DNA from: Fimbriimonadales bacterium
GTDB lineage: Bacteria; Armatimonadota; Fimbriimonadia; Fimbriimonadales; ATM1
Assembly: GCA_041744215.1 (NCBI GenBank)
Contig: JBGTLG010000006.1
Span: 32,001 to 96,000 of the forward strand
DNA length: 64,000 nucleotides
Direction: 5' to 3'
Positions 1 through 10,427 of this stretch are shown here, one piece after another; position 1 is the first letter of the stretch, and each line of letters opens with the position of its first letter. Under the pieces are notes generated by a model. That model was given only the letters and a program-made list of their open reading frames with translations. It was not told the DNA's origin and searched no databases. The position numbers and the translations under genes were made by a program.

Positions 1-1
1 G

Positions 2-196
2 TGGGACATCGAAAACTATGGCACCGCGCCGGACATTGAAGTGGAGATGGATCCCGCACTTTGGCGGCGTGGTCGCGATCCTCAACTTGAGCGTGCTGTC
101 AAAGAAGTGATGGATGCGCTGGCTAGAAATCCGCTTCCTAAACACACTCGGCCTGCATGGCCAGACAAGCGAAAACCAGAAGTTCGTAGGAAGTGA
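2..196 (+). CDS. C-terminal fragment of a tricorn-like S41 protease (partial, starts before window)
   Basis: Frame 2 reads WDIENYGTAPDIEVEMDP...GRDPQLERAV...; typical of tricorn/S41 C-termini; TGA at 194-196. Confidence 0.75.
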   Translation, partial: WDIENYGTAPDIEVEMDPALWRRGRDPQLERAVKEVMDALARNPLPKHTRPAWPDKRKPEVRRK

Positions 197-225
197 AGGA
201 CGGCGAAGTATAATCGGAGTTCCGC

Positions 226-299
226 TGGCGGATCGTCCAAGGGCAGGACACCAGGTTTTGGCTCTGGGAATCTAGGTTCGAATCCTAGTCCGCCAGCCA
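226..299 (+). tRNA. tRNA-Gln (anticodon TTG)
   Basis: Acceptor TGGCGGA/TCCGCCA, anticodon arm CCAGG-TTTTGGC-TCTGG, T-loop GGTTCGAATCC, encoded CCA; TATAAT at 209-214. Confidence 0.95.
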
Positions 300-336
300 C
301 TCTGATTAGGTTAACTCGCAGGTAGCATGGATCACC

Positions 337-2700
337 GTGCTCGCCACGATCTTTGCTCCGATGCTCATGCTCCAGCCCTGCGAATCTGGACAAACCCGCG
401 CCATGCCAAATCTTGATCCAGTCTCCTTCGAGCGCGTCGTGATCGCCGACAAGTTTTGGTCGCCCAGGCTTGCGACTTTGCGTAAGAAGACTCTTCCACA
501 TCAGTTCGAGATGCTTGAAAAGCATCATTACGAGCGCAACTTCAATCTTGCGATCTCCGGCGCGACCGAAGGCTTTCATGGGTTTGTGTTTCACGACTCC
601 GACGTTTACAAGGTTCTTGAAGCAGCCTCCCTGTCGCTCGCGACAGTGCGTGAGCCTGACGTAGAGGCAGAGATCGACAAGTGGATCGAGGTCATCGGTC
701 GCGCTCAGATGTCAGATGGCTACGTGAATACGCATTTTCAGATAGGCAAGATTGACCAACGCTGGAAGAATCTTCGAGATCAACACGAGCTTTATTGCGC
801 TGGACATCTGATCGAGGCCGCTGTTGCGCACTTTCGCGCTACTGGAAAGAGATCGCTTCTCGATATCGGCATTCGATTCGCTGATCTGATAGACTCTCGC
901 TTTGGGGCAGGCAAGACCGATGGCTATCCCGGACATCCGGAGCTCGAGCTCGCTCTCATAAAACTGTACGACGTGACTGGTGAGAAGAAGTATTTCGACT
1001 TAGCAAGGCACTTTATTGTTCAACGGGGAACGACATTCTTCGCTGCGGAACATAACACACCTCTCGATCGTTACGAAGGATCGTACTGGCAAGATCGTGT
1101 GCCCATCAAGGAGTGGGACGTTATCGAAGGTCACGCCGTGCGTGCGACTTATCTGCTTTCCGCTATCGTAGATGTCGTAAGAAAAGAGTTTGACGCGGAT
1201 CTCGAAGCGATGTTGCAGCGAGTGTGGAGGAGCGCGGCGCTGCGCCGCACCTACGTTACTGGCGGAATCGGATCATCAGGAAGCAATGAGGGGTTTACAA
1301 CCGATTACGATTTGCCGAACGCGACCGCATATCAGGAGACATGCGCATCGATTGCAATGGCGATGTGGAATCATCGCATGGGGCTACTTTACGGTGATGC
1401 GAAGTATCTTGATGTTGTCGAAACTGCTCTTTACAATGCTGCACTCTCAGGAATCTCTCTGGATGGAGAGCACTTTTTCTACGCAAACCCGCTCGAAAGC
1501 AGGGGCCAGCACCGCAGGCCCGAATGGTATTCGTGCGCGTGCTGCCCGCCAAACATTGCGAGGACGCTGGCGCAAATCGGCGGATACGCCTACGCATCCT
1601 CAGCGGATGGCCTGTGGGTGAACCTTTACATAGCCGGTCAAGCACAGTGCAATGTTGGAGATGTGCCTGTAAATCTCAAGTGCGAGACTGAATACCCGTG
1701 GGAGGGCGAAGTGAAGCTGACTCTTGAGTTGCAGAGTCCGGCGTCGTTCGCGTTGCGGCTGAGGATTCCGAGTTGGGGAGCGGGATATCGCTACTCGGTG
1801 AACGGCAATCCTATCTCAAAGGTTTCTGAAGCGAACGGATACCTTGTCCTCGAGAGAGAGTGGAGCAGTGGCGACATCGTTACCTTGTCATTACCTCTCG
1901 AAGTACGTCAGGTCGAAGCGCATCCCCTTGTCACAGACAATGTAGGAAAGTTAGCGATTGCTCGCGGCCCCATTATCTATTGCCTCGAAGGTGTCGATCA
2001 CGAGAAGCATCTATCGAGGATTTCGATTCCTGCCAACCCAACGTTTGAGACTGGTTGGTCGAGTGAACTTGGTGGCTTTGTCGAAGTGAGGACAATTGGA
2101 TTCGCAAGTCCTCAGCTGGATTGGGGAGGCGGTCTCTATCGCACTGCAGACATTCCTGACCGAATTGACATCCGTGCAGTTCCTTATCACCTGTGGGCGA
2201 ATCGTGACCAAAGCGAGATGCAAGTTTGGATACCAACCTCTCCGCCTTCGCCAATTGTCGGCGGGCCGGAGCTGCGCGCTCAAGTCGCGGTCTCGTTCCA
2301 CAGCGATTGGGCAAATCCAATAGGCGTCAACGACGGCAAGACTCCAAAGAAATCCGCAGATCATCCTGGGGAACTCTGCCACTTTTGGCCGAACAAAGGC
2401 GGAACCGAGTGGGTCCAGTACTCTTGGAAGACGCCGATAAGCGCGGTTGGAGCGCGTGTGTATTGGTTTGATGACACAGGTCGTGGTGAATGTCGACCAC
2501 CCGACTCATGGCGGCTCGAGTATCTAGAAGAGGGCGAGTGGAAGTCAATTCCAGCGAATTACTCTGTCGCGCTCGACGAGTGGTGCGAGGTGAAATTCGC
2601 AGAGATCAATACTTCGGCAATACGCCTCATCGTGAATCAACAGGAGAGTTGGTCGGTTGGCATTCACGAATGGCAGATCGTTTCTCCGGAGGAGGATTAG
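337..2700 (+). CDS. GH127 beta-L-arabinofuranosidase-like protein (DUF1680) with C-terminal beta-sandwich domain
   Basis: DSDVYK, HELYCAGH, GHAVRA, ETCA and CCPPN motifs; start may be ATG 361 or 403. Confidence 0.9.
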   Translation: MLATIFAPMLMLQPCESGQTRAMPNLDPVSFERVVIADKFWSPRLATLRKKTLPHQFEMLEKHHYERNFNLAISGATEGFHGFVFHDSDVYKVLEAASLSLATVREPDVEAEIDKWIEVIGRAQMSDGYVNTHFQIGKIDQRWKNLRDQHELYCAGHLIEAAVAHFRATGKRSLLDIGIRFADLIDSRFGAGKTDGYPGHPELELALIKLYDVTGEKKYFDLARHFIVQRGTTFFAAEHNTPLDRYEGSYWQDRVPIKEWDVIEGHAVRATYLLSAIVDVVRKEFDADLEAMLQRVWRSAALRRTYVTGGIGSSGSNEGFTTDYDLPNATAYQETCASIAMAMWNHRMGLLYGDAKYLDVVETALYNAALSGISLDGEHFFYANPLESRGQHRRPEWYSCACCPPNIARTLAQIGGYAYASSADGLWVNLYIAGQAQCNVGDVPVNLKCETEYPWEGEVKLTLELQSPASFALRLRIPSWGAGYRYSVNGNPISKVSEANGYLVLEREWSSGDIVTLSLPLEVRQVEAHPLVTDNVGKLAIARGPIIYCLEGVDHEKHLSRISIPANPTFETGWSSELGGFVEVRTIGFASPQLDWGGGLYRTADIPDRIDIRAVPYHLWANRDQSEMQVWIPTSPPSPIVGGPELRAQVAVSFHSDWANPIGVNDGKTPKKSADHPGELCHFWPNKGGTEWVQYSWKTPISAVGARVYWFDDTGRGECRPPDSWRLEYLEEGEWKSIPANYSVALDEWCEVKFAEINTSAIRLIVNQQESWSVGIHEWQIVSPEED

Positions 2701-2707
2701 CCGGCCT

Positions 2708-5700
2708 GTGTGGCTTGCGGCACTAATAGTTATGAATCCCGGGGTCCTCGGCGCGCCGTACCGATTGCTTGTGGACGGGCTCGATGATCCGCTTGGTGTT
2801 GTGAGCCGGCAGCCACAGTTTTCGTGGTGGCTCAGCGATGCGAGGAACGGTGCCCGGCAGTCTGCTTACCGTATTCAGGTCTCAAAATCGAAGAGTTTCG
2901 GCAGCGAGCTTCTATGGGATTCGGGGAAAGTACCTCGCGAAGAGTCAGTTTGGGTTCGCTACGAGGGAGCTCCGCTTGTTAGTGGAACGCGCGCATTCTG
3001 GCGAGTCATGGTCTGGACCGCGACAAATGAAGAGTCGCCCTGGAGTGAGATAGGCGAGTTTGGCGTCGGATTGCTGAAAGAAACGGATTGGTCGGCAAAG
3101 TGGGTTGGAGATTCCACGCCTGCGCCACAGCACGGACGCGCGCACAACGGATTTCATTCGCGAATGACTCGTGGTCCGAACGATACCAAGTGGGTCGCCA
3201 TCGACCTCGGATCGATATGCTCCGTAGATGGAGTCAGGCTTTGGCCGGCACGTCCGTATGACTGGATCAGGGACGAGCCAGGATTCTTGTTCCCCTTGCG
3301 ATACCGAATTGAGGTTGCGAAGCGAGAGGATTTTGCAGATGCATCCGTCGTCTTCGATCACACGCTTTCAGATGTCAGCAATCCGGGAACGCTTCCTGCA
3401 GAGCACCGCTTTTCGGCAGCCGAAGCGAGATATGTTCGCTTAGTTGTGACTCGATTGTCCCAGCGGAACGACGGCGAGTTTGGGCTCGCGCTTGCCGAGC
3501 TGGAAGTCTTATCCGGGGCCACGAATGTCGCGATCAACGCTTCTGTCTCAGCATCCGACTTCCTGCATGAAGGAGGGTGGTCGCCACAGAATCTAACCGA
3601 TGGAGACACAACAAGCCATCCTGTATTCGGCTACGAAGCGCTCCCCGCACCGATGTTTCGCAAAGAGTTTGTTGCGAGCGCTTTTTCTCGAGCGACGTTG
3701 CATATCACAGCTCTGGGATTTTATAAGGCAGTAATCAACGGCGCTCGTGTCAATATCTCTGGTCTGTCGCCAGATTGGACAGACTACAACAAGCGCGTAC
3801 TCGTCCAGATGTATGATGTGACCCCGCTTTTGCGCGAGGGATCGAATGCGATCGGCGTCGTACTCGGCGACGGATGGTACGCAGGGCGCCTGGGAATGGC
3901 CGCGCACGTAGTGCCAGGTGGGCCGCCTCGAGGCATCTACGGACGACTGCCCCTGTTGCGCCTACAACTTGACATCGAACGGAGCGACGGATCGCTGACT
4001 CGCGTTGTCTCGGACGAAACGTGGCGTTCCAACCTCGACGGGCCAGTTCGGTCGTCCGATCTGCTCGACGGTGAGGTTTACGACGCGCGAAAAGTGGTTG
4101 TCGGGTGGGATCAGATCGGATTCGATGATCGGGGCTGGCAAACCGTCAGCGTGAAGAACGTATCTGTAGCTTGCGAGCCGCAGCCTAACGAACCCATCAG
4201 AAAAACAGTGGAGGTTGCTGCGGTAGCAGTTTCGGAGCCGCGACCGGGTGTTTACGTTTTCGACCTGGGTCAGAACCTCGTCGGTTGGTGCCGGCTGAAA
4301 CTTCGTGCAGCACGAGGGGCGAAGGTAGTTTTAAGGCACGCAGAAGCAGTGAACGACGACGGAACGCTCTACACTGCGAATCTCCGGGGCGCGCCGCAAA
4401 CAGATACATTCATTGCAGCCGGAGTTAATGAAGAAACGTTTGAACCAACATTCACGCAGCATGGTTTCCGATATGTGGAGGTGACGGGCCTCGACTACAA
4501 ACCGTTGAGCCAAGACCTGGCAGCGGTCGTCGTACATTCAGACAGCAAGGTGATCGGCAGCTTTGAGTGTTCGGACGAATCGCTCAACAAGCTTTGGCAA
4601 AACGTGCTGTGGACGCAACGAGCCAACCTGATGAGCATCCCAACCGACTGCCCCCAGCGCGACGAGCGACTCGGGTGGATGGGCGACATCTTGTCGTTTG
4701 GTCAGACTGCCTTCTTCAACATGGATCTCGGTCCTTTCATGCGCAAGTGGCTGCAGGACGTGCGAGACGCACAGGCGGACGATGGTCGATTCGCAGACAT
4801 ATCTCCTCATCCCTACGGTCGAAACGAGCGATTTACGGGCGCGCCGGGATGGGGCGACGCTGGCGTCGGAGTACCGTGGACCGCTTGGGTCAATACTGCC
4901 GACCGCACACACATAGAGAAGCAGTACGAAGCAGCAAAGCGTTGGGTCGACCACATTACTTCCGAGAATTCAGACCTAATCTGGAGGAAGAGCAGGGGAA
5001 ACGACTATGGAGATTGGCTGAATGGCGACACCCTAATCTTTGAGGGTTGGCCACGTACGGGAGGGGAAGTTCCGAAGGAAGTGTTCGCCACAATCATGTT
5101 CGCGCGATCCGCTCAGATCGTGGAACGGATGTCCGGCATATTAGGAAAGCCATCTGGAGATCTTGCGGACCGTATCAAGTCTGCTTTCCAATCTCAGTTT
5201 GTTGGCAGCGATGGCGCGATGCCGGGGGACACTCAAGCTGGCTACGCACTTGCTCTCTATTACGGGCTGATTCCAGAAGAGCTGAGCGAGAAGGTGTTCG
5301 GTCGCTTGGTGGACGCGATTGAACGCGCAGGTACTAAGTTGACAACTGGGTTTCTTTCGACATTGCCAGCAATGATGGTGCTCTCTGAGTTCGGCAGGAG
5401 TGATCTTGCTTACCAGCTGATTCTCAATCGCGAGTTCCCGGGCTGGCTTTACAGCGTTGACAATGGAGCGACGACAATCTGGGAGAGGTGGGACGGATAT
5501 GTCAAAGGTCGCGGATTTCAGGATCCGGGAATGAACTCCCTCAATCACTGGGCGTTCGGCGCGGTCGGCGAGTGGATGATGAAGACAATCATTGGAATCA
5601 GCCCTGATGAAGATGAAGTCGGTTACAAGCGGTTCCATATCACGACAAAGCCCGGAGGAAACTTGACGTGGGCGAGGGGCTCACTTGAGACTCCGTTTGG

Positions 5701-5842
5701 CCGCATAAAGATTGAGTGGACAGTCGACGGTGCTGAGTATCGGATGAGCGTTGTGGTTCCGCCGAACTCGACCGCGATCATTGAGAGGACTGGGCAAGTG
5801 TTGCCCCCGGGGCGTCATGAGTTGCGTTTTCCGATCGACTAA
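2708..5842 (+). CDS. GH78 alpha-L-rhamnosidase family protein with F5/8-like insert
   Basis: PTDCPQRDERLGWMGD, GATTIWERW and MNSLNHWAFG motifs; GTG at 2708 follows GGAGG. Confidence 0.9.
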   Translation: MWLAALIVMNPGVLGAPYRLLVDGLDDPLGVVSRQPQFSWWLSDARNGARQSAYRIQVSKSKSFGSELLWDSGKVPREESVWVRYEGAPLVSGTRAFWRVMVWTATNEESPWSEIGEFGVGLLKETDWSAKWVGDSTPAPQHGRAHNGFHSRMTRGPNDTKWVAIDLGSICSVDGVRLWPARPYDWIRDEPGFLFPLRYRIEVAKREDFADASVVFDHTLSDVSNPGTLPAEHRFSAAEARYVRLVVTRLSQRNDGEFGLALAELEVLSGATNVAINASVSASDFLHEGGWSPQNLTDGDTTSHPVFGYEALPAPMFRKEFVASAFSRATLHITALGFYKAVINGARVNISGLSPDWTDYNKRVLVQMYDVTPLLREGSNAIGVVLGDGWYAGRLGMAAHVVPGGPPRGIYGRLPLLRLQLDIERSDGSLTRVVSDETWRSNLDGPVRSSDLLDGEVYDARKVVVGWDQIGFDDRGWQTVSVKNVSVACEPQPNEPIRKTVEVAAVAVSEPRPGVYVFDLGQNLVGWCRLKLRAARGAKVVLRHAEAVNDDGTLYTANLRGAPQTDTFIAAGVNEETFEPTFTQHGFRYVEVTGLDYKPLSQDLAAVVVHSDSKVIGSFECSDESLNKLWQNVLWTQRANLMSIPTDCPQRDERLGWMGDILSFGQTAFFNMDLGPFMRKWLQDVRDAQADDGRFADISPHPYGRNERFTGAPGWGDAGVGVPWTAWVNTADRTHIEKQYEAAKRWVDHITSENSDLIWRKSRGNDYGDWLNGDTLIFEGWPRTGGEVPKEVFATIMFARSAQIVERMSGILGKPSGDLADRIKSAFQSQFVGSDGAMPGDTQAGYALALYYGLIPEELSEKVFGRLVDAIERAGTKLTTGFLSTLPAMMVLSEFGRSDLAYQLILNREFPGWLYSVDNGATTIWERWDGYVKGRGFQDPGMNSLNHWAFGAVGEWMMKTIIGISPDEDEVGYKRFHITTKPGGNLTWARGSLETPFGRIKIEWTVDGAEYRMSVVVPPNSTAIIERTGQVLPPGRHELRFPID

Positions 5843-5865
5843 TCAGCAATACTCGTGGGGTAAGG

Positions 5866-6768
5866 ATGGACATTCTTCGGTCGCTATTCGGTAACCGCGA
5901 ACCAAGCCCCGAATGGTCGTTAACGCTCGGCCGCGAAGGGTGCCTACGCTTTCTCGCCATCTTGCGCCGACGCCTGGAACGAGAGGAGCGAAAGTATGTC
6001 ATTCAACCTCATGCAGGATGCGTTTATCCGGTTGACGATCCAGAGCAACGGTTCAGTTTGCAAGACCTCGCGCAAATCTGCGCGCGCAACGGGGGGCGCG
6101 ATTGGGTTGAGATTATTGACGAACATGTAACGCGCCTACTGAAGTGGGATTCGATTTCGGCTTCACTTCCGGACGACTTCGAAGACGCGAGGCATTTACT
6201 CTTGCCCAAACTGCTTCCTCACAATCCGACTGGCGACCAAACCGTCGCGGTCGCCGTTTGCCAAGGACTTTCCGCAATCGTCTTCGTGGATCTACCGCAG
6301 GCAATAGTCGGGCTCAAGCCTGACGCGGCCGAGCGATGGGGACAATCGCCCGACGATCTCTACGCAATCGCGCTCGAGAATCTTTGGAGGAGTCCAAGAT
6401 TTGATCCGGTGACTTATCCTCACAGCGAAGGTGTGACCTACGCTGTTACGGATCATCAGAACTACTTTGTTGCGTCGCATGTGCTGCAGCTGAATCGCTA
6501 TCTGTTCCCCGAGCCAGAGTGGGGCGCGCTGCTTGCAATCCCCAATCGCCACACATTTTTCTATGAGCCTATCGAAGGCCGCGTGTCATCGCTGACTGTT
6601 CAGAGACTCTCAAGTCTTGCGCAACACGGATACGTCACAGGTCCAGGATCGATCACCTCACGACTGTTTTGGAACCGAGGCGGACAGATCATTGCGCTCG
6701 ATGTTGAAGATCACGCGCGGATCGTTGGGCCAGACGAAGTGAAAGAGACACCACTCATTTCCTACTAA
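5866..6768 (+). CDS. Hypothetical protein (weakly DUF1444-like)
   Basis: 300-aa ORF directly after GH78; ALENL, LLAIPNRH, GPGSITSRLFW segments. Confidence 0.6.
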   Translation: MDILRSLFGNREPSPEWSLTLGREGCLRFLAILRRRLEREERKYVIQPHAGCVYPVDDPEQRFSLQDLAQICARNGGRDWVEIIDEHVTRLLKWDSISASLPDDFEDARHLLLPKLLPHNPTGDQTVAVAVCQGLSAIVFVDLPQAIVGLKPDAAERWGQSPDDLYAIALENLWRSPRFDPVTYPHSEGVTYAVTDHQNYFVASHVLQLNRYLFPEPEWGALLAIPNRHTFFYEPIEGRVSSLTVQRLSSLAQHGYVTGPGSITSRLFWNRGGQIIALDVEDHARIVGPDEVKETPLISY

Positions 6769-7693
6769 ACTGTTTAAAGAAACTCCATAGTTCAACTGTC
6801 GCATCGAACGTCTTGATCTTTCTCCCAATCAGGTTCTCCGGCAAACCTGCTTCGTCACCACCGGGCCATCCATGGCCATGGCCCTCGATGTATACGACAC
6901 GGAGAAATGTCCCCTCCTTGCCCGGTGAATATTCCTCCACCTTCAACCCCGGCTTCGATTCAATGAGTCTAGGCTCCGTAGGCGCACCGATTGCCTTTGC
7001 CCACGTCTCCAGCCAATCCTTCACCGGTCCGGTGGTTCGCTTTCCCCAAGGCAACGTTGACTCTCCACCCTCGAGCGGCACTAGCGGGTCGCTTGTTCCA
7101 ATGACATAGAGTGTCGGCAGCGGCTGCTTTGGCTTCGGAGTCTCGATGGCGAGCTGTCCGGCGACCGGCGCGATCGCGGCAAACCGCTCGGGTATCTCCG
7201 CCGCGAGCTTGAAAGTCATCCCTGCGCCATTCGAATGTCCGCAAACATAGATGCGATTCTCGTCGATCTTGCTCTTTTTGATCGTCTCGTCGATCATCGC
7301 AGAAATCGCCGCCACGTCGTCGAGTTGCGTTCGTGGCGAATTGGCATTAAGTTGTCCGGAATTCCAGACACGTGGGTTTGTCAGGAAGTTTGGGCTAAGC
7401 CGCGGCCGGGAAGGCAGTCCGGTCGGGGCTAAAACGGCGAAACCTTCCTTATCCGAAAGCTCGCTCCACCCGTTGTTGGACAAGTAGCGTATCCCGTCCC
7501 CACCTGCTCCGTGCAAAACGATGACGAGAGGCATCGGATCTGTGGCGACTCTTGGTATGTGGACGTGATACGTCCAATCGAAGCCCTGATGCCTGAGGGT
7601 GAGTTCGTGGGTGCCGGGGGCAAGTACGCCATCTTGAAGAGGAGCGTCAGCGCAGCCGGCGGAGAGGGCCAAGATGGCGGCAAACAGCTTCAT
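6755..7693 (-). CDS. PHB-depolymerase/LpqC family esterase, probable lipoprotein
   Basis: VLHGAGG, GHSNG nucleophile motif, GHGWPG; lipobox-like SAGC. Confidence 0.85.
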   Translation of the reverse strand: MKLFAAILALSAGCADAPLQDGVLAPGTHELTLRHQGFDWTYHVHIPRVATDPMPLVIVLHGAGGDGIRYLSNNGWSELSDKEGFAVLAPTGLPSRPRLSPNFLTNPRVWNSGQLNANSPRTQLDDVAAISAMIDETIKKSKIDENRIYVCGHSNGAGMTFKLAAEIPERFAAIAPVAGQLAIETPKPKQPLPTLYVIGTSDPLVPLEGGESTLPWGKRTTGPVKDWLETWAKAIGAPTEPRLIESKPGLKVEEYSPGKEGTFLRVVYIEGHGHGWPGGDEAGLPENLIGRKIKTFDATVELWSFFKQFSRK

Positions 7694-7795
7694 TCTCAGA
7701 TGGGACGAATTTTGACCAAGGTAGTTCTCCGAATGGGTCTACGGCCCCAGAGTGCAGGTCTGGGCAGATGCACCGACAATAAACTATAGTTCCGA

Positions 7796-8224
7796 ATGCA
7801 TCATCCGATTGCTTACCATCAGAGAGAGCGAATCAAGGCCAGTCTTCCGGTCCTCCGGGAGCGGGGACTCGATTTGGTGGGCAAATTCTATGACAGGCTG
7901 TTCGAGGTGAGGCCCGATACTCGGTCATTGTTCGTGAAGGGCGAAATGCGGCAGAGGATCAAGTTCACGCTGATGCTGCATGAGCTTGTTTCGCACATCG
8001 ATGATTGGGAGTGGATCCAGGAGGCGGTTACTCCGCTTGGGGTACGGCATCGCAAGTACGGCGTCAGACCAGAGCACTTCGAAGTCGTCGGCGAGGTGCT
8101 GTCCGCGGTGCTAGCCGACGTACTCTCTGACACGTGGACGGACGCGGATCGTGAGGCTTGGACGACGCTGTATCAAGAAGTGTCCACATGCATGATCTCA
8201 GCAGGCGATGAGAAAGCCGCCTAA
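7796..8224 (+). CDS. Single-domain globin
   Basis: FYDRLFEVRPDTRSLF and LGVRHRKYGVRPEHFEVVG globin motifs. Confidence 0.88.
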   Translation: MHHPIAYHQRERIKASLPVLRERGLDLVGKFYDRLFEVRPDTRSLFVKGEMRQRIKFTLMLHELVSHIDDWEWIQEAVTPLGVRHRKYGVRPEHFEVVGEVLSAVLADVLSDTWTDADREAWTTLYQEVSTCMISAGDEKAA

Positions 8225-9074
8225 ACACTCCGATGCCAGAATGGTGTCGATGTTCGTGCCGATCCTACCTATCGAGAGTAATCCACACCCATGGGGAAGC
8301 GTGAACGAAGTTGAGCTTCAGTCGCGTTGCGCAGTCGAAGGCGATGTCGCCGACCTCGCGTTTGCGGTCTCATGTTGCGACCTAACGAGCCTCGAAGGAA
8401 CGGATACTCCCGAGAAGATCCGCCAGTTGTGCAGCAAGGCGATCAAGCACAGCGTCTCCGCCGTTTGCGTCTACCCCTTACTCGTGCCTGTCGTGGCGGA
8501 ATCGTTGCGCGGATCAAACGTGAAGACTTGCAGCGTTGCGGGCGGGTTTCCGTCAGGTCTCTATCCGATCGAATCACGGTTGGCAGAGATACGTTTCGCA
8601 GTCGAGCAGGGCGCAGATGAGATTGACATCGTGATGAACCGGAGCGCGTTTTTATCGGGCGAGCATCAAGTCGTTTATGAAGAGTTCGCAGCGATGCGAA
8701 ATGAGTGCCACTCAAAAACGATGAAGGTCATCCTCGAAACTGGGGACCTCCCGGATTTGAATTCAGTTCGTAACGCTTGCTTCCTCGCGATGTATGCGGG
8801 TGCAGACTTCATAAAAACCAGCACCGGAAAGATTGCGAATGGCGCCACTCCACTGTCTGCGCTTTGCATCATGGAAGCGATCAGCGACTTTCATGTCCAA
8901 TCCCAAAAGAAGATCGGAATCAAGCTTTCCGGCGGCATTCGGAAGGCGGACGATGCGCTGCGTTACATTACGCTTGCGCGAAGAACTCTTGGCGCCGAGT
9001 GGATCAACTCATCGACGTTCCGTATCGGTGCGTCGAACTTGCTGGACGATCTAACTCTTTCGCTCGTGACTTGA
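8208..9074 (+). CDS. deoC: Deoxyribose-phosphate aldolase
   Basis: GADEIDIV, KVILETG, ADFIKTSTGK, GGIR, RIGAS; start may be slightly downstream. Confidence 0.93.
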   Translation: MRKPPKHSDARMVSMFVPILPIESNPHPWGSVNEVELQSRCAVEGDVADLAFAVSCCDLTSLEGTDTPEKIRQLCSKAIKHSVSAVCVYPLLVPVVAESLRGSNVKTCSVAGGFPSGLYPIESRLAEIRFAVEQGADEIDIVMNRSAFLSGEHQVVYEEFAAMRNECHSKTMKVILETGDLPDLNSVRNACFLAMYAGADFIKTSTGKIANGATPLSALCIMEAISDFHVQSQKKIGIKLSGGIRKADDALRYITLARRTLGAEWINSSTFRIGASNLLDDLTLSLVT

Positions 9075-10406
9075 ACGAAACTCGATACGAATCGGTGTGC
9101 CTTCGAGTGGGAACTCCTTACGAATGCGGTTCTCAAGATAACGCTTGTAGGAGAAATGCACGAGGTCAGGGTTGTTGACAAACAGAATGAACCGCGGAGG
9201 CGCAGTCGTTGCCTGCGTAACATAGTAGATCTTAAGCGCCTTGCCCTTACGCGAGTATGGTCGCTCGTAGACAGCATCCCGAATGATTCTGTTGAGTGAT
9301 CCGGTAGGGACTCGAAAGTTGTGATTCTGCTCAGCCTCCAGCGCAGTATCGAGCGCCGCCTCAAGACCTGTTCCGCAAGAAGCGCTCGTGAACGCAATCG
9401 GCGCATAGGAAAGGTCCGGGAACTCATCCCGAACAAGCTGCGCAAACTCAGTTTTAAGCTTCCCACGCTTCTTTGGGCGGCCATCTGGCGGCTCGACCAG
9501 GTCCCACTTGTTGACCACAATGACGCATGCTCGTCCTGCTACATGCGCAGACTTGCCAATGCGTTTGTCACCGTCAGTAAGACCTTCGCTTCCATCCACG
9601 ACGATCATCGCAACGTCGGCTCGTGACATCGCCACTTCAGCGCGCATCACCATGTAGTATTCAACCGAACCCTGGATTTTTCCGCGCCGTCTTATTCCAG
9701 CTGTGTCAACGAGTACCAGCATCTCGCCCCTATGCTCTATCTCCGTGTCAATCGCATCGCGTGTCGTCCCAGGTATATCGCTCACAATAGCTCGACTCTC
9801 GCCTGACAGCGAATTGAGGAGTGAGGACTTTCCGACATTGGGTCTACCAATGATGGCGATTCGAACCCTCTCATCTTCGATCGCCGGGGCCTGTCCGGCA
9901 TCCGGGAACAGATCTGCAATTCGGTCGAGCAGGTCAGCTACGCCGCGACCATGAAGGGCTGAGATGGAGAGCACCTCTCCCATTCCCAACGCATAGAAGT
10001 CCGTAGCCCAAGTGTCCCTGTCCGGGTTGTCTGCCTTGTTAACTGCGACGAGAACAGGTTTGCTAATCCCCCTCAATTCGTTAGCGAGCTCTTTGTCGGC
10101 CGGCAAAACGCCATCCGTCGCATCCACAAGGAACACGACTACATCTGCTTCGGCAAGCGCGACTTCAGCTTGGATTCGGATTTGCTCAACGAGCGGGTCG
10201 TCATCCGAAAAGAGGATCCCTCCTGTATCGACAATATCAAAGCGTTTGCCATTCCATTCGGCCTCTTGATAAAGACGGTCGCGAGTGACTCCAGGGCGGG
10301 ACTCTACGACTGCGACTCGACGACCGATGATCCGATTGAATAGCGAAGACTTTCCAACGTTTGGACGGCCCACAATGACAACGCGAGGTAGTTTTGCATC
10401 TGGCAT
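9051..10406 (-). CDS. der: Ribosome biogenesis GTPase Der (EngA)
   Basis: Two GRPNVGKSS P-loops, DTGG/DTAG, C-terminal KH-like domain. Confidence 0.97.
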   Translation of the reverse strand: MPDAKLPRVVIVGRPNVGKSSLFNRIIGRRVAVVESRPGVTRDRLYQEAEWNGKRFDIVDTGGILFSDDDPLVEQIRIQAEVALAEADVVVFLVDATDGVLPADKELANELRGISKPVLVAVNKADNPDRDTWATDFYALGMGEVLSISALHGRGVADLLDRIADLFPDAGQAPAIEDERVRIAIIGRPNVGKSSLLNSLSGESRAIVSDIPGTTRDAIDTEIEHRGEMLVLVDTAGIRRRGKIQGSVEYYMVMRAEVAMSRADVAMIVVDGSEGLTDGDKRIGKSAHVAGRACVIVVNKWDLVEPPDGRPKKRGKLKTEFAQLVRDEFPDLSYAPIAFTSASCGTGLEAALDTALEAEQNHNFRVPTGSLNRIIRDAVYERPYSRKGKALKIYYVTQATTAPPRFILFVNNPDLVHFSYKRYLENRIRKEFPLEGTPIRIEFRSSHERKS

Positions 10407-10427
10407 AGCACACGCATATTCCTTAAC

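Noticed and set aside
226-299. tRNA-Gln as an integration site for the downstream glycosidase genes
   Set aside because: No duplicate of the tRNA 3' end and no integrase seen in the window.
82-594. 170-aa minus-strand ORF
   Set aside because: Antisense to tRNA-Gln and the GH127 gene.
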